NCBI RefSeq assembly: GCF_028368995.1
Contig: NZ_JAQNDL010000003.1
Span: 1,920,001 to 1,984,000 of the forward strand
Length of the DNA: 64,000 nucleotides
Reading direction: 5' to 3'
DNA from: Nannocystis bainbridge
Lineage (GTDB): Bacteria; Myxococcota_A; Polyangia; Nannocystales; Nannocystaceae
Shown here: positions 62,522-64,000 of the stretch, piece by piece
How the letters are laid out: every line of letters starts with the position of its first letter
Numbering within the stretch: the stretch's first letter is position 1
Notes under the pieces: generated by a model
What the model was told of the DNA's origin: nothing
Database searches by the model: none
The model's input: the letters and a program-made list of their open reading frames with translations, nothing else
Position numbers and translations under genes: made by a program

Positions 62522-63627
62522 ATGTCCAGCGCCGACGATGAGTTCGGCGAAGAAGCCGAGCCCGCGCCGCCAGTGAACCGCGAGCAATTCTTCGAGTGGC
62601 GTTCGCCCCGGTTCGGCGCCGCCAACCCCGAGCCTTTGAGCAACCCCGTTTGGTCATGGCTGGTGCACGCGCGACTCAAAGCCTGGGAAGCCGACCGTCG
62701 ATTCGCCGCTCAGGAGCCCGAGGGCCCGTGCTGGTGCTTCGACCGCTTCGGCCAGAGCGCCACCGAGCTGCCCGACGGTCGCACGATCTACGTCGCCGGC
62801 GTCCACGAAGATCCGTCCGACCCTGGATTTCACCGCTACAACGACGTGGTCGTCCGCCACCCCGACGATCGCTGCGAGATCTTCGGTTACCCGCGCGACG
62901 CCACTCGGCGACGCTCGTCGAAAGCGAGGGCCGCCGCCGCATCATCCTGATCGGCAACCTCGATCTCCCGCCGCAGCAAACCCTAAACTGCACCCCGGTG
63001 TATGGCCTCGACCTCGCCGATCTCGCAATCACGGAGATCGCGACCACGGGCGCCACGCCGGGGTGGATTTACGGTCACAGCGCCGTGCTCGCCGATGAGG
63101 GTCGCACCATCGTCGTATCGCGCGGCAAACGCCTCGACGAACACCACGCGTCCCACGAGAACATCGACGACTGGCGGCTCGATCTCTCCACCTGGCGATG
63201 GCAGCGACTGACCGAGCGGCGATGGCCGCGGCGGGAGCTGCGGCGCGCCGACGGTCAGCGCAATTGCCTGAGTGACCTGCAGGAGGCCCAGTGGATGCGC
63301 GGGACCAGCCTGGTCCCGGAGCTCGGCGCGCTGCTCGAGAAGCTGGAGCGGGACCTCGGCGTCGTCCCCGACCTCGACCTCGTCGCGCGGCTGTTTCGCC
63401 CCTCGGTGGCTCACGAGGCGCTGCCGGAGGCAGACGGCCCGTTCAACGTCGTGCGCATCGTCGTCGCCAGCGTGGTCGTGCGCTTCGTCCATGAATCGTA
63501 CGCGCTGCAGATGACCGTGGAGGGCGACCTGCCGCTGGCCACAGTCGACGCGATCGCCGAGGAGCTGCGCGCCCGGCTCTCGACGCTGCAGCACACGGAC
63601 TGGACCCTGACCCCGATCGGCGCCTGA
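62522..63627 (+). pseudogene. Conserved hypothetical (Kelch-like) gene with a frameshift at about 62900
   Basis: First frame WCFDRFGQS...YNDVVV...FGYPRD; second frame HSATLV...IILIGNL...PGWIYGHSA. Confidence 0.75.
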
Positions 63628-63660
63628 ACCCGCGGCGAGGGCGCAGTCGCCTGCACTTCG

Positions 63661-63696
63661 GAGCATGCCCCTTCGGACATGCCCCGAAGTACATTA
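63661..63696. repeat. 14-bp-phased CATG array
   Basis: CATG 63664, CATG 63678, CATT 63692. Confidence 0.8.
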
Positions 63697-63705
63697 CAAA
63701 AAATC

Positions 63706-64000
63706 TCAGAATTGCGAAGCCCGCGGCCACGCCGGCAGCGGCACTGCTTCGCTCAGCGCCACCAGCGACTGCAGCGGCACCCACGTGAAGTCCGGGCGGT
63801 AGTCGAGCTCGTAGGCCAGCTCGTGGAAGCTGCGCTCGATCACACACGCGCGCAGCAGCGGCGACTCGCGGGCCGCGGGCAGCGGCGAGCCGGGCGTCGC
63901 CGCCGCGTCGTAGCCGGCCAAAAACGCCGCTGAAGTCGCCGCTTCCCAGGCCGGGCCGCCCTTGCCGACCATGCCGGCGTAGGCGAACGAGCGCAGCATA
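63706..64000 (-). CDS. C-terminus of a maltokinase (Mak / TreS-Mak) family protein, 5'-partial
   Basis: MLRSFAYA...ERSFHELAYELDYRPD...VPL. Confidence 0.8.
   Translation of the reverse strand, partial: MLRSFAYAGMVGKGGPAWEAATSAAFLAGYDAAATPGSPLPAARESPLLRACVIERSFHELAYELDYRPDFTWVPLQSLVALSEAVPLPAWPRASQF

Overview
High-GC myxobacterial chromosome segment, probably Nannocystis-like (Thr/Gly-linker lipoproteins, Cys-rich CGDG repeat protein, MYXO-CTERM protease, Ser/Thr kinase paired with an ECF sigma factor). Positions 1-10.6 kb are the right end of an integrated element. It holds a giant DarB/SNF2-like helicase carrying a type I HsdR-like C-terminal segment, a run of tail-anchored membrane proteins, an M23/PG-binding lysin, an SDH/ClpP-like protease, an excisionase and a tyrosine integrase. 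The rest is host and accessory DNA: pdxH, secreted hydrolases, a LytS/LytTR system, a kinase/ECF pair split by a 3.3-kb insert bounded by a 29-bp direct repeat, three tandem secreted paralogues, hipBA, a DUF1501/c-heme pair and an RpoD-family sigma factor. Near the right end are a kdpB-like/kdpD/kdpE/CHASE3 operon whose KdpB lacks the catalytic DKTGT and TGES motifs, and a SLOG-SIR2 protein (Thoeris ThsA domains in reversed order). About 13 mostly intergenic loci carry CATG-centred palindromes phased at 14 bp; these are absent from the integrated element. No rRNA, tRNA or CRISPR array was seen. All family calls come from motif recognition by eye, not database searches.
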